A stretch of 64,000 bases of DNA, taken from contig JARVCM010000011.1 in the NCBI GenBank assembly GCA_029976705.1, positions 2,286 through 66,285 of the forward strand. Reading direction: 5' to 3'. This stretch comes from Mollicutes bacterium (GTDB taxonomy: Bacteria; Bacillota_I; Bacilli_A; Mycoplasmatales; MT37). The notes beneath the pieces were generated by a model that ran no database searches, was not told the origin of the DNA, and saw nothing but the letters and a program-made list of their open reading frames with translations. The position numbers were made by a program, and so were the translations under genes. Shown here piece after piece: positions 48,132-59,855 of this stretch. How positions within the stretch are numbered: the stretch's first letter is position 1; each line of letters starts with the position of its first letter.

Positions 48132-49094
48132 TTATTCCTTCAATTTAATTTTGAATTCTTCTTGTAATTTATCAACAATTTCTTTAAGTGATTTTTGTCC
48201 TAAATTTTTAATTTCCAAAAGTTCTCTTTTTTTCTTGGTTGATAAGTCGTTCAGATAGTTAATATTTTCAGAACGCAAAGCGTTAGTTGTCCGTTCAGAA
48301 AAATCCAAATTTATAATTTCCACATTCGGTATATTGTTTAAATTATCATCATTAGGTTTAAAAACAAAACTAGAAAGATCTTTATCAGTTAATTGCAAAA
48401 AACATTCAAGGTGAGAAATTAAAATTTGCGAAGCTTTAACTAAGCAAACACTCGGAGAAACAATACTGTTAGTTTCAATTTCTAAAACCAAACTTTCTGA
48501 AACGTTTTGATGTCCAATGTTGATCTCTTTTACCTTAAAAGAAACTTTTTTAACTATTGAAAAATTAGAACTTACTGTAATAAGTCCGATTTTATTTGCA
48601 GTTAATTCTTTATTATCTTGAAAATTTGAAAAACCTCTTCCTTGAATTACAAAAAAATTCATATTGATAACTTGTCCTTTTTTAACAATATTTAAAATTT
48701 CTTGATCACCATTGATAATCCTAATTCCTGCAGGCAATTTAATATCTTTTGCTAAAACTGCTTTAGTTCCTTCTGCTTTTAATTGAAGTTTAATTTTTTC
48801 ATCTTCATTAGTGAAAATTGTTTCATCAACACTTACAATAATTTTTTTAACATTAAGACTCACTTGAGTTACATTTTCCAAGCAACCAGGTAAATTTTGA
48901 AATTCTTGTTCTACACCTTCAATTTGATATGCATAAATTGAAGACCCTAAAAGTGATGAAAGAAGCACACGTCTAAGTGAATTACCAAGAGTAATTCCAA
49001 AACCTTGCACTAAAGGTTCAATTTGAAACTTACCGTAATTATTTTTTTTATCAATTTCTTGAATACTAAAATCTAATTTTACAAATTTTTTCAT
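48132..49094 (-). CDS. rpoA: DNA-directed RNA polymerase alpha subunit
   Basis: Reads ..GFGITLGNSLRRVLLSSL.. with a C-terminal domain ..NLGQKSLKEI. Confidence 0.95.
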   Translation of the reverse strand: MKKFVKLDFSIQEIDKKNNYGKFQIEPLVQGFGITLGNSLRRVLLSSLLGSSIYAYQIEGVEQEFQNLPGCLENVTQVSLNVKKIIVSVDETIFTNEDEKIKLQLKAEGTKAVLAKDIKLPAGIRIINGDQEILNIVKKGQVINMNFFVIQGRGFSNFQDNKELTANKIGLITVSSNFSIVKKVSFKVKEINIGHQNVSESLVLEIETNSIVSPSVCLVKASQILISHLECFLQLTDKDLSSFVFKPNDDNLNNIPNVEIINLDFSERTTNALRSENINYLNDLSTKKKRELLEIKNLGQKSLKEIVDKLQEEFKIKLKE

Positions 49095-49156
49095 TTTATT
49101 TTTGCCACAACCAAACTTTCGCTTATTTTAAATTAATAAAACAATGCCTAAAATAT

Positions 49157-49164
49157 ATTATACA
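49157..49164 (-). promoter_or_regulatory. candidate extended -10 promoter (TGTATAAT) between rpsK and rpoA
   Basis: The minus strand reads TTGAATAATTCTGTATAATAT in the 83-nt rpsK-rpoA spacer. Confidence 0.3.
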
Positions 49165-49177
49165 GAATTATTCAAAT

Positions 49178-49591
49178 TTAAACCCGTGGTTTTTTAGGTG
49201 CTCGACATCCGTTATGAGGTAAAGGCGTAACATCAGCAATGCTGATTAATTTAATATCAGCAGCTTCTAAGGCGCGTAATACAGAATTACGACCTGAACC
49301 AATACCTTTAATTCTAACTTCTAAATTTTCCATTTTATAATTTTTAGCAATTTCCAAAACATCGGCAATAGCCATTTGTGCAGCGTAAGGTGTTGATTTT
49401 TTTGTTCCTTTATAACCAATTATCCCTGCTGAACTTTGCCCTAAAACTTCACCATTTAAACGTGAAAGAGTAATAATAGTGTTATTAAAGGTTGATCTAA
49501 TATGAACAATTCCGGTAAGAATTTTTTCTTTAATCTTTTTCTGTAATTTTGTTTTTTTGTCGGAAGTTTTTTGTTTATTAATTTTCTTCAT
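49178..49591 (-). CDS. rpsK: 30S ribosomal protein S11
   Basis: Reads ..GIVHIRSTFNNTIITL..PHNGCRAPKKPRV. Confidence 0.95.
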   Translation of the reverse strand: MKKINKQKTSDKKTKLQKKIKEKILTGIVHIRSTFNNTIITLSRLNGEVLGQSSAGIIGYKGTKKSTPYAAQMAIADVLEIAKNYKMENLEVRIKGIGSGRNSVLRALEAADIKLISIADVTPLPHNGCRAPKKPRV

Positions 49592-49593
49592 TT

Positions 49594-49977
49594 TTATTTT
49601 TTGCTATCTGCCTTTTTCTTATTAGCAACAGTTTTACGAGGTCCTTTACAGGTGCGGGCGTTTTTTTGAGTTATCTGTCCGCGCACTGGCAAACCGACAC
49701 GATGTCTAATTCCACGATAGCAACCAATTTCTTTCAAACGTTTAATATTAAAATTGACAGCTCGACGAACATCCCCTTCAACAGGAAGTTTGTTAATCAC
49801 TCCTTGTAAATCAACTAATTGTTGATCTGATAAATTAATAGTTTTAACATTTTCATCAACAATATTAGCTGATTTTAAAATTTTTTGAGATAAACTTTTA
49901 CCAATTCCATGGATATAAGTTAAAGATATTACAATTCTTTTATTTTTCGGAACTTCAACACCACTTAAACGCGCCAT
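49594..49977 (-). CDS. rpsM: 30S ribosomal protein S13
   Basis: Reads [26 protein letters not shown]... Confidence 0.95.
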   Translation of the reverse strand: MARLSGVEVPKNKRIVISLTYIHGIGKSLSQKILKSANIVDENVKTINLSDQQLVDLQGVINKLPVEGDVRRAVNFNIKRLKEIGCYRGIRHRVGLPVRGQITQKNARTCKGPRKTVANKKKADSKK

Positions 49978-49980
49978 AAC

Positions 49981-50094
49981 CTAACCTTGTCTCTGCTTAT
50001 GTTTCGCCAACTTACAACTAATTGCCACCCGACCTTTTCTTGTAACCACTTTACAATCTTTACAGAAAGGTTTAACCGATGTTCTCACTTTCAT
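49981..50094 (-). CDS. rpmJ: 50S ribosomal protein L36
   Basis: [37 protein letters not shown], 37 aa. Its ATG overlaps the infA stop. Confidence 0.92.
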   Translation of the reverse strand: MKVRTSVKPFCKDCKVVTRKGRVAISCKLAKHKQRQG

Positions 50095-50330
50095 TATTGT
50101 TTATTAATTCGTTCACGTCTAACAATTCTACCTTTGGTTAAATCATAAACAGAAATTTCCACTTCTACTAAATCATTATTTAAAATTTTTACTGAATATT
50201 TACGCATTTTACCACTTACTGAAGCAACAATAATTTTTTTATTGGAAAGCAAAACTTGATAAAAACCGTTGCTAAGATTTTTCATAACTTTTCCTTCTAA
50301 TTTTAGAATACTATCTGTTTTATTTTCCAT
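50094..50330 (-). CDS. infA: translation initiation factor IF-1
   Basis: S1-like fold, 78 aa, ..[35 protein letters not shown]. Confidence 0.92.
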   Translation of the reverse strand: MENKTDSILKLEGKVMKNLSNGFYQVLLSNKKIIVASVSGKMRKYSVKILNNDLVEVEISVYDLTKGRIVRRERINKQ

Positions 50331-50402
50331 ATCAAAAACACAAAAAAATTTAAAAAATTGTCCTATAAGATTCAGTATTATATACCTAATAAAATTTTTT
50401 GT

Positions 50403-50696
50403 TTATTCTGGTTGTTTATTTAAATTTTCAGAATTAGAATTTACTTTTTTATTATTTTTTCTATTTAAAAGAATAAAATAGTAAATAACCCCGATTAAAC
50501 CAGTTAAAATAACACCAAAAATAATTTTCAAGGTAGAGTCTCTATCAACGCCGGATCTTATTAGATATATACCTAAAATTAAAAATACAACCCAAACAAC
50601 AAAAATAAAAATTAAATAAAAAATAAAGAGTAAAAGAGAAAGGTCTATTGAATCAGAAGAATTGTCTTCAACTAAAAAATAAAAATAGTTAAACAT
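50403..50696 (-). CDS. small membrane protein, paralog 1
   Basis: Track ORF 50403-50714, with ATG at 50696. Two TM segments and a C-terminal GVDRDSTLKIIFGVILTGLIGVIYYFILLNRKNNKK. Confidence 0.55.
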   Translation of the reverse strand: MFNYFYFLVEDNSSDSIDLSLLLFIFYLIFIFVVWVVFLILGIYLIRSGVDRDSTLKIIFGVILTGLIGVIYYFILLNRKNNKKVNSNSENLNKQPE

Positions 50697-50739
50697 TTCA
50701 ACAGATTTAAACAATTTGACAAATAACTATTTTTTTAAT

Positions 50740-50970
50740 TTAATTATTTACTTTTTCTGACTTTTGGTGACTAGAGTTTGCTTTTTTATTATTTTTTCTA
50801 TTTGAAAGAATAAAGTAGTAAATAAGACCAATTAAACCAGTAATGATTACTCCAATAATAATTCGTGGTGTTGAATCTCTTGAAACTCCAGTATTAACCA
50901 AATAAAAACCAATAAACATTCAAAAAACCGTTCCTACAAACACACTAATTCCGATAACAACACTTAACAT
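50740..50970 (-). CDS. small membrane protein, paralog 2
   Basis: 76-aa ORF with one TGA. GVSRDSTPRIIIGVIITGLIGLIYYFILSNRKNNKK closely matches paralog 1. Confidence 0.55.
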
Positions 50971-51027
50971 CTTAATAAACCTCTTAAAAAAAACACCAAA
51001 GAAATTATAACACAAAAAAAATTTAAA

Positions 51028-51795
51028 TTATAAAATTAAATACTTTTCATAGTCAGTAAGAACTTCACAACCCTCTTCAGTAATAAGAAGCATATGTTCA
51101 AAATGACAATTATTTTTTTTATTTTTGGAAACAACACTTCAACCATCTGATAAAATTTGTAATTCATTATTACCAGTTAAAACCATTGGTTCTATACAAA
51201 TAATCATATTAGAACGTAGTCGCATTCCTAAATTGGATTGTTCAACATTTAAAATATCTGGTTTTTCATGTAAAGACAAACCAATTCCATGACCACAAAA
51301 CTCTTCAGTAAGAAAATAACCAGATTTTTTTACAAAAGCGCTCACAATATTACCAATATTACCAACAAAAAATCCTGATTTTAGTTTTTTAATAATTAAT
51401 TCAAGGCTTTTTTTCGTTACATCAACAAGTTTTTGGTCATTTTCACTTCCCTTACCAACAATTTTAGTCAAAGCGGCGTCAGCGTGCATTCCTTGATATT
51501 TGCAACCAACATCCACGGAAACTAAATCTCCTTCTTTAAATGAACGATTATTAGGAATACCATGGATTAGTGTTTCATTAATTGAAACACAAATCACATC
51601 AGGAAATCCTTGATAATTTAAAAAATTAGGTTGACAATTATTTTGAAGAATAATTTCATATGCTTTTTTTGCCAAAAAAATACCATTGTTCCCAGGAATA
51701 ATCATTTGTGAAAGTTGAGCTAAAATTTGCGCTACCACTTTACCAGCAATTTTAATTTTTTGGATTTGATTGCTATTTTTAATCAAATTGTTCAT
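51028..51795 (-). CDS. map: methionine aminopeptidase type I
   Basis: Metal ligands are present in ..DLVSVDVG..GMHADAA..GHGIG..EPM..EH... The track ORF is extended through a TGA. Confidence 0.93.
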
Positions 51796-51803
51796 TTATA
51801 AAA

Positions 51804-52442
51804 TTAGATAATTTTTTTTAATTTTACAAAATTTATCTTTGCCGATAAATTTGTATTTAATTCATATTTTATGATTTTGGCATTTTGCATAAGATTGGTA
51901 ATTAAAGGTTTTGTTTCTTTTTCAAAAACACTAAAACGATGTTTAATTTTTTCATTGTCGGCGCGTGACATTAAAGGCGTTTGATCAAAATTACAAATAT
52001 TTTTGTTTAATGGTGGTTGAAGCCGAGTATTGTAAACAAAATTACATTGAGAACAAATTAAACGTGTTTCAATTCTGTTTTTACAAATTTGTAAATCACA
52101 ACTCAAAACAAGATATATAATTTTTCAATTATGATCTTGGATTAATTTATTTCAATTATTCAATTGTTGCAAATTGCGCGGAAATCCATCTAAAACAAAA
52201 TTTTGATTAGTTTCGTTAATTTTGGTAATAATTAATTGTGTGATTAAATCATCATTTATTAAATCACCACGTTTGACAATTTGCGCAATTTTTTTGCCTA
52301 AATCACTTGAGCGTGAAGCAAAATCACGACAAATATCACCACTAGAAATATACCCTAAATGATACTCTTTTTGCAATCATTGAGCATAATAACCTTTTCC
52401 TGAACCAGGAGCTCCAATCAAAACAATGATTTTTTTCAACAT
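51804..52442 (-). CDS. adk: adenylate kinase
   Basis: GAPGSGKG P-loop. A lid with C..C..CSQC. Two track ORFs lie in frame. Its ATG overlaps the secY stop. Confidence 0.93.
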
Positions 52443-53803
52443 TATCAAAGAAAAATATCCTTTTTTTTATTTCATAAAGTGACATAACGACTTTGCACTT
52501 TCAAATCAATAAGTTGGCGAACGATATTTTCTCCTACCATAATCAAAATTAATAAACTAGTTCCACTAATGGCAAAGGAATTATTTTGTTCATAAAACAA
52601 TAATTTGGCAATTAATAAAGAAAAAATACTTAAAAAAGAAAGATAAAAAGCGCCAAAAATTGATAATCGGGCAACAATGGAAGTAATATATTTACGTGTA
52701 GAATCACCAGGACGAACACCAGCAACATAAACGCCATTTTTTTTAAAATTTTCTGCTAAATTTTCACTATTAATAGCAATATGAGCATATACAAGGGTAA
52801 AAAGAAAAACAAGTAAAGCAAAAAAGAAAATGCCTCATCAAGCTCTAAAAGATAAATATTTTTGTGTAAAAAGAACATAATTATTTTGTGGGTTTTTGTT
52901 TTTAACAATTTCAGAAACAGAATTTAAAAGCGAAATTAAAGTAGAAGCAAAAATAACCGGGATTACTCCAGAAGGATTTAATTTAATTGGTAAATAAGAT
53001 TTCTTTTGGTTTTCTAAACGTAACCCTGAACCTGTTTGTTGAATTGGTAATCGTCGCTCGGAATTATTAAGAAAAATAATAAAATAAAAAACCAGAAAAA
53101 CAGATGAAAGATAAATAAAAAAACGTACAAAATTTAAAAATTGTAGTTTTTCAAAATTACCATCTTGAAAATTACCAAAAAGTGTTTTCCCTGCTGATTC
53201 AAATTGATAAGCCATAGAAACCAAAATGCTAGTGAAAATAATGACAGAAACTCCCTGACCAATACCTTTATTAGAAATTAAATCAGCAAAAAATAAAGTA
53301 ATCATTGTTCCACTCAACAAAACAATAGGGCATAAAAAATAATAAAATAAACTATCATGATAACCAGTTTTACTTCAACTCACAACAATTAAACCACTAT
53401 TTTCTAAGGCTTTAATTGTCGCAAAACTTTGTAAATAACCAATCGGAACAGTTAAAAATTTAGTTAAATAATTTAATTTTATTTGACCTTTATGACCTTG
53501 TTTTGCCAAACGTGTAATTGAAGGCACCAAACCATTAGAAAGTAATTGAACAATAATTGAAGCAGTAATAAAAGGTGAAATTCCCAAGGCAAAAAAAGAT
53601 AATTTACTTACTACTCCACCTCCCAAAACAGAAAGTAATGATAAAAATTGACTGCCAGAACTATTTTGATCCCCTTGTCAAACAACTCCCGGCATGGTAA
53701 TTAAAGAACCCATTCGAAAAATTATTAAAATAAAAAGCGTAAACAAAATGCGATAAACAATTGTTTTATAATTTTTTCAAAAATTAAAAAGTTTTTTTAA
53801 CAT
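52442..53803 (-). CDS. secY: preprotein translocase subunit SecY
   Basis: Track ORFs 52838 and 53375 share one frame with ATG 53803. Reads ..LGISPFITASIIVQLL.. 453 aa. Confidence 0.95.
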
Positions 53804-53819
53804 TTAAATTTATTAAAAA

Positions 53820-54308
53820 TTAAATTATTTCAATTTTACCTTTTGCTGCTTTAATTTTTTTTTCAGCTGTTTCTGATACTGCATTAACTTTAAAAGTAAC
53901 AGCAAAATTTAGTTCACCAACACCTAAAATTTTAATGGGTTGATCCAACTTACGAATTAATTTTTCAGCAAAAAGAGTTTCTTTGTCAACAATTTTCATT
54001 TCTCTTTGAGTAATACGATTTAAATTAACAATTTGATAAAAAATTTTATTTGCTGGTCTAAATCCTCTTTTTTTAGGAATTCGACGATAAAAAGGCATTT
54101 GCCCTCCTTCAAAAGCAGCGCTAATTTTATGACCTGAGCGTGAACGTTGTCCTTTATGGCCGGCAGTAGATGTTTTTCCTCTCCCAGAACCAATTCCACG
54201 TCCAACTCGTTTACGATTTTTTTTGGGATTTGATGTGTCTTGCAAATTATGCAAAGTTATAAGTTTTGTTGAATCAGGTTTTTTGATAAGTGTTTTTTTT
54301 GTTTTCAT
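53820..54308 (-). CDS. rplO: 50S ribosomal protein L15
   Basis: Reads ..RVGRGIGSGRGKTSTAGHKGQRSRSG... Confidence 0.95.
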   Translation of the reverse strand: MKTKKTLIKKPDSTKLITLHNLQDTSNPKKNRKRVGRGIGSGRGKTSTAGHKGQRSRSGHKISAAFEGGQMPFYRRIPKKRGFRPANKIFYQIVNLNRITQREMKIVDKETLFAEKLIRKLDQPIKILGVGELNFAVTFKVNAVSETAEKKIKAAKGKIEII

Positions 54309-54322
54309 TTCTTTGGATAAAT

Positions 54323-55171
54323 CTAATTATTATTTTTATTGTCAATTGGCATATCACGCAATTCCATTACTTCGCGAAATGTTCTTAATTTCTTTAATGC
54401 GTCAAAAGTAGCGCGAATTAAATTCATTGGATTATTAGAAGATAAAGATTTTCCACGAATATTAGTAATTCCTAACAACTCCACAACCAAACGAGCCGCT
54501 CCGCCGACAACAATCCCTGTTCCTTGGGGAGCAGGTTTTAATAAAATTTTGGCTCCACAAAACTTACCGATAACTTCATGTGGAATCGTATTTAAAACAA
54601 AAGGCAAATAAATCATATTTTTTTCCGCTTGACGAAAAGCTTTTTGTCGTGCTAAACCAACTTCGTTGGCTTTTCCCGTTCCATAACCAACCTTGCCTTT
54701 ACCATCACCAGCTAAAGCAACTGCTAAAAAACGAAAACGACGTCCGCCTTTAGTGACTTTAATAACTCTTTTTACTTTTACTAAATTATGATTATAAAGA
54801 CGAACACTTTGTTTTCGTCAAGAACTTTTTCCTCATAAAATTCGTTTTTTTTCCTGTTCTTTCTTTTTTAATTCTTGATCAATTTTAAAAGCTTTTTTAA
54901 AATCAGCTTCATTTAATGAATCGCTTTCATCATTCTCTTTTTCTGTTGTTTTATTATTTGTAATCTCGGAAACAGACTTATTTAATTTAGTTGTATTTGA
55001 TGATGAAATATTATCAACTGTTTTATGAGTAACTTTTTTTGCAACAGTTAAATCATCTTTTTTTAAATTTGTCGTTGAAAAATTTTCAGACTTTAATTTA
55101 GAATGTTTTTCTTTCCCGACATCTTTCTTATCTTGATTTTTTATTATTTGTTTTTTGTTATCTTCTGTCAT
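54323..55171 (-). CDS. rpsE: 30S ribosomal protein S5 with a ~110-aa low-complexity N-terminal extension
   Basis: Track ORFs 54323-54616 and 54833-55171 are in one frame, bridged by ..VKVKRVIKVTKGGRRFRFLAVALAGDGKGKVGYG... Confidence 0.85.
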
Positions 55172-55180
55172 AATCTTAAA

Positions 55181-55528
55181 TTAAAATTTTAAACCATTTT
55201 CGCAAACGGATTCAGCAAAAGATTTAATTTTGCCATGAAATAAAAATCCTGCACGATCAAAAACAACTGTTTTAATTTGTTTTTTTAAAGCTAAAAGAGC
55301 AATTTTTTTGCCAATTTCTATACAAATTTTTTTGTTATTTCCGGTTTTAATTGTTAAATTTAATGAAGAATAACAAACTAGTGTTTCTTGTTTTTCATCA
55401 TTAATAATTTGAGCATAAAAATTTTTATTAGAAACAAAAACAACCAAACGCGGACGCTCACTAGTTCCAAATATTTTTTTACGAACACGAAAATTTCTTT
55501 TTTGTCTTAATTTTTTACGATCAATCAT
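55181..55528 (-). CDS. rplR: 50S ribosomal protein L18
   Basis: 115 aa, ..RPRLVVFVSNKNFYAQII.. ..FDRAGFLFHGKIKSFAE. Confidence 0.95.
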   Translation of the reverse strand: MIDRKKLRQKRNFRVRKKIFGTSERPRLVVFVSNKNFYAQIINDEKQETLVCYSSLNLTIKTGNNKKICIEIGKKIALLALKKQIKTVVFDRAGFLFHGKIKSFAESVCENGLKF

Positions 55529-55545
55529 TATTACTTATTTTATTC

Positions 55546-56103
55546 CTATTTTTTTGATGCTGCCGTTTTACCAACTTTTCTTTGAACTTTTTCATCATGA
55601 TACATAATTCCCTTGCCTTTATAAGGTTCAGGTTTACGAAGTTTACGAATTTGACTGGCAACTAATCCTACTAATTCTTTATCAAAACCTTTAATGTCTA
55701 TTACAACATTTTTTCCAACATTAATTTGAATATCTTTTGGAATTTTAAAATCAATGTGATGCGAAAAACCTAAATTTAATTGTAAATTTTGTTCTATTAC
55801 TTTTGCTTTAAACCCTAATCCGTTAATTAATAAACGTTTTGAAAATCCTTTTTTTACTCCTAAAATTCAATTGTACAGAAGAGAATTAGTTGTTCCTCAC
55901 ATTTCAAACCCTTTTTTATTTTGTTTATTTCAAGTTGTTGCTACTGTTCTTTGCGATTCGTCAACAATAATTTTTATTGATCCTGGTAATTTTTTTTCTA
56001 AAATTCCTAACGGACCAACAACACGTACCAAAGTTGAATTAGCATTAACTTCTAATTTTACATCTTCAGGAAACGAAAGAATTCTTTTACCAAGCCTTGA
56101 CAT
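55546..56103 (-). CDS. rplF: 50S ribosomal protein L6
   Basis: Reads MSRLGKRILSFPEDVKLEV..PEPYKGKGI... Three TGA codons. 185 aa. Confidence 0.95.
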
Positions 56104-56129
56104 TATAACCGCCTATTTTTTACCACTTA

Positions 56130-56528
56130 TCAAATGTAAGCTAAAATTTCTCCGCCTAATTTTTTTGATTTTGCTTGCGAACACGTCATTACACCGTGAG
56201 AAGTTGAAATAATCGCTACACCAATTTTGCTTAAAACAACAGGCAAATTAGAACTTTTTTGATAAATACGTAGTCCGGGTTTAGAAATTCTTTTAGTGCC
56301 TTCAATTACCGAAATTTTATTTTTATATTTTAAATTAATTTTTAGTGAGGGTTTTTTGAATTTAGATTCATCAGTGGTTTTTTGATAATTTAAAATGTAA
56401 CCATTTTCTTTCATTACTTTTAAAATGTTTTCATTCATTTTAGAAAAAGAAACCAAACATTCAAGATGTCTAACTTTAATAGCATTACGAATTCTTGTTA
56501 ATAAATCACCAATTTGATCACTAATCAT
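56130..56528 (-). CDS. rpsH: 30S ribosomal protein S8
   Basis: Reads MISDQIGDLLTRIRNA... Confidence 0.95.
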   Translation of the reverse strand: MISDQIGDLLTRIRNAIKVRHLECLVSFSKMNENILKVMKENGYILNYQKTTDESKFKKPSLKINLKYKNKISVIEGTKRISKPGLRIYQKSSNLPVVLSKIGVAIISTSHGVMTCSQAKSKKLGGEILAYI

Positions 56529-56544
56529 TGTTACTTTTCTCCTA

Positions 56545-56727
56545 TCAAGAAGTTTTTTTAACTCCTGGTATAAACCCTAAATGCGCTAACGAACGAAAAC
56601 AAATTCGACACAATAAATATTTACGTAAAACAGAACGAGGGCGACCACAACGCAAACAACGTGTGTAATTACGTACCTTAAAACGATTATATTTTTTTTG
56701 TTTAATGATTAATGCTCTTTTTGCCAT
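56545..56727 (-). CDS. rpsN: 30S ribosomal protein S14 (zinc-binding type Z)
   Basis: 60 aa, with [20 protein letters not shown]. Confidence 0.93.
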   Translation of the reverse strand: MAKRALIIKQKKYNRFKVRNYTRCLRCGRPRSVLRKYLLCRICFRSLAHLGFIPGVKKTS

Positions 56728-56731
56728 TTTT

Positions 56732-57271
56732 TTATTTTTTGATTGGTACTCCTAATTTTTTTAATAAAAACAATGAATCTTGGGTATTTTTAGAATTAAT
56801 CACAAAAGTAATATTCATTCCTTTATTAAAACGAATTTTATCATAATCAATTTCTGGAAAAATAACTTCTTCTTTAATCCCAATGTTGTAATTACCTTGT
56901 AAGTCAAAAGCTTTTGAACTCAATCCGCGAAAATCACGAATTCTCGGAAAAACAACATTAATTAAACGATAAACAAAATCATACATAATACTACTACGCA
57001 AAGTTACTTTACAACCAATTGACATCCCTTTTCTAATTTTAAAATTAGCAATAGATTTTTTAACTTTTGTGATCATTGGTTTTTGACCAGTAATTAGTGA
57101 TAATTCATGAACAGCATCCTCTAAGGCGCGTTTTTCTTGAAGAACTTGTTTTACCGACATACTAATTACAACTTTTTCTAATCTAGGAACAGCCATAGCA
57201 GAAGACAAATTCATTTCTTTTTGCATTTCCGGCAAAAGTTTTTTATAAAAATGTTGAGAGAAAAAAATCAT
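56732..57271 (-). CDS. rplE: 50S ribosomal protein L5
   Basis: 179 aa in the spc operon position, ..[11 protein letters not shown]... Confidence 0.95.
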   Translation of the reverse strand: MIFFSQHFYKKLLPEMQKEMNLSSAMAVPRLEKVVISMSVKQVLQEKRALEDAVHELSLITGQKPMITKVKKSIANFKIRKGMSIGCKVTLRSSIMYDFVYRLINVVFPRIRDFRGLSSKAFDLQGNYNIGIKEEVIFPEIDYDKIRFNKGMNITFVINSKNTQDSLFLLKKLGVPIKK

Positions 57272-57288
57272 AATCTTAAACCAAAATA

Positions 57289-57606
57289 TTAATCATCATA
57301 AGTTTGACCCGTTTTCTTAGCAAATCGTACCTTTTTTTGATTAACAAATTTATAACCAATACGTGTAATTACTTTTTTTTTAGGATCAAGTGCCATAACA
57401 TTTGAAACAGGAATTGGTTTATAAATTTCTATAATTTTACCTTTAGAATCGTCCCCGGTAGGTTTTTTATGTTTTTTTATTTTAATTTCTTCCAAACAAA
57501 CACGTTTTTTTTCATAATCTAATTGAACTATTTGTCCTTCAACGCCTTTGTAAAATCCCGAAATAACTTTAACAAAATCTCCTTTTTTAATACGCATTTT
57601 AAACAA
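57289..57606 (-). CDS. rplX: 50S ribosomal protein L24
   Basis: KOW motif [16 protein letters not shown]. Confidence 0.93.
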   Translation of the reverse strand: MFKMRIKKGDFVKVISGFYKGVEGQIVQLDYEKKRVCLEEIKIKKHKKPTGDDSKGKIIEIYKPIPVSNVMALDPKKKVITRIGYKFVNQKKVRFAKKTGQTYDD

Positions 57607-57964
57607 CCTCTTTCACAAGTGAAACAATTTTATCAAAACCTTTTTGTTTTAATTCATTAGCAACCGGACCAAAAATTCTAGTTCCGCGCGGATTTTTATT
57701 TTTAGCAATGATAACAGCGGCATTATCACCAAAAGAAATTACTTGTCCATTTTTTCTTCGAATTGAATTACGTGTTCGTACTACTACAGCGCGAACAATC
57801 TCTCCTTTTTTTACTGTCCCTGATGGGGAAGCGATCTTAATTGTTCCGACAATAATATCACCGACATTTGCTGTTTTTTTACGCGATGCTATATTGCAAA
57901 TCATTAAAATTTCTTTAGCACCGGTATTATCAGTTATTCTGAGTCTTGTTTCTTTCTGAACCAT
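57599..57964 (-). CDS. rplN: 50S ribosomal protein L14
   Basis: Reads [18 protein letters not shown]... Confidence 0.95.
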   Translation of the reverse strand: MVQKETRLRITDNTGAKEILMICNIASRKKTANVGDIIVGTIKIASPSGTVKKGEIVRAVVVRTRNSIRRKNGQVISFGDNAAVIIAKNKNPRGTRIFGPVANELKQKGFDKIVSLVKEVV

Positions 57965-58326
57965 TATTTATTTTCTGTCTTCGTTTCAAATAGATTAATT
58001 TTACTTTTCTTTTGAGCAGAAGTAATAATTTTTGCAACATAAAAACTTTTTTTTAACGAAATTTTTCGAGAATTGACAATTAATACTTGATCACCAATTT
58101 GACATTTATTTTTGGCATCATGAACCAAATATTTCTTACTACGAGAAACAGTTTTTTGATAAATAGGATGACGAAATTTATTTACAACCAAAACTGTGAC
58201 AGTTTTTTCCAAACTATTATTAACCACTTGCCCCGTTAAACTAAAACGTTTGGGAGTAGTAAAAGAAGAATCGTTATTCTTAGAAGTTAATTTAGAATTC
58301 ATCATAATATCAATAGATTTTAACAT
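57964..58326 (-). CDS. rpsQ: 30S ribosomal protein S17 (start may be an internal ATG at 58305 or 58302)
   Basis: Reads ..[47 protein letters not shown]... Confidence 0.9.
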   Translation of the reverse strand: MLKSIDIMMNSKLTSKNNDSSFTTPKRFSLTGQVVNNSLEKTVTVLVVNKFRHPIYQKTVSRSKKYLVHDAKNKCQIGDQVLIVNSRKISLKKSFYVAKIITSAQKKSKINLFETKTENK

Positions 58327-58362
58327 AAAACAAGTTTTTTATAAAATAAAAAACATTAAATC

Positions 58363-59850
<1,488 letters not shown>

Positions 59851-59855
59851 AAAGT

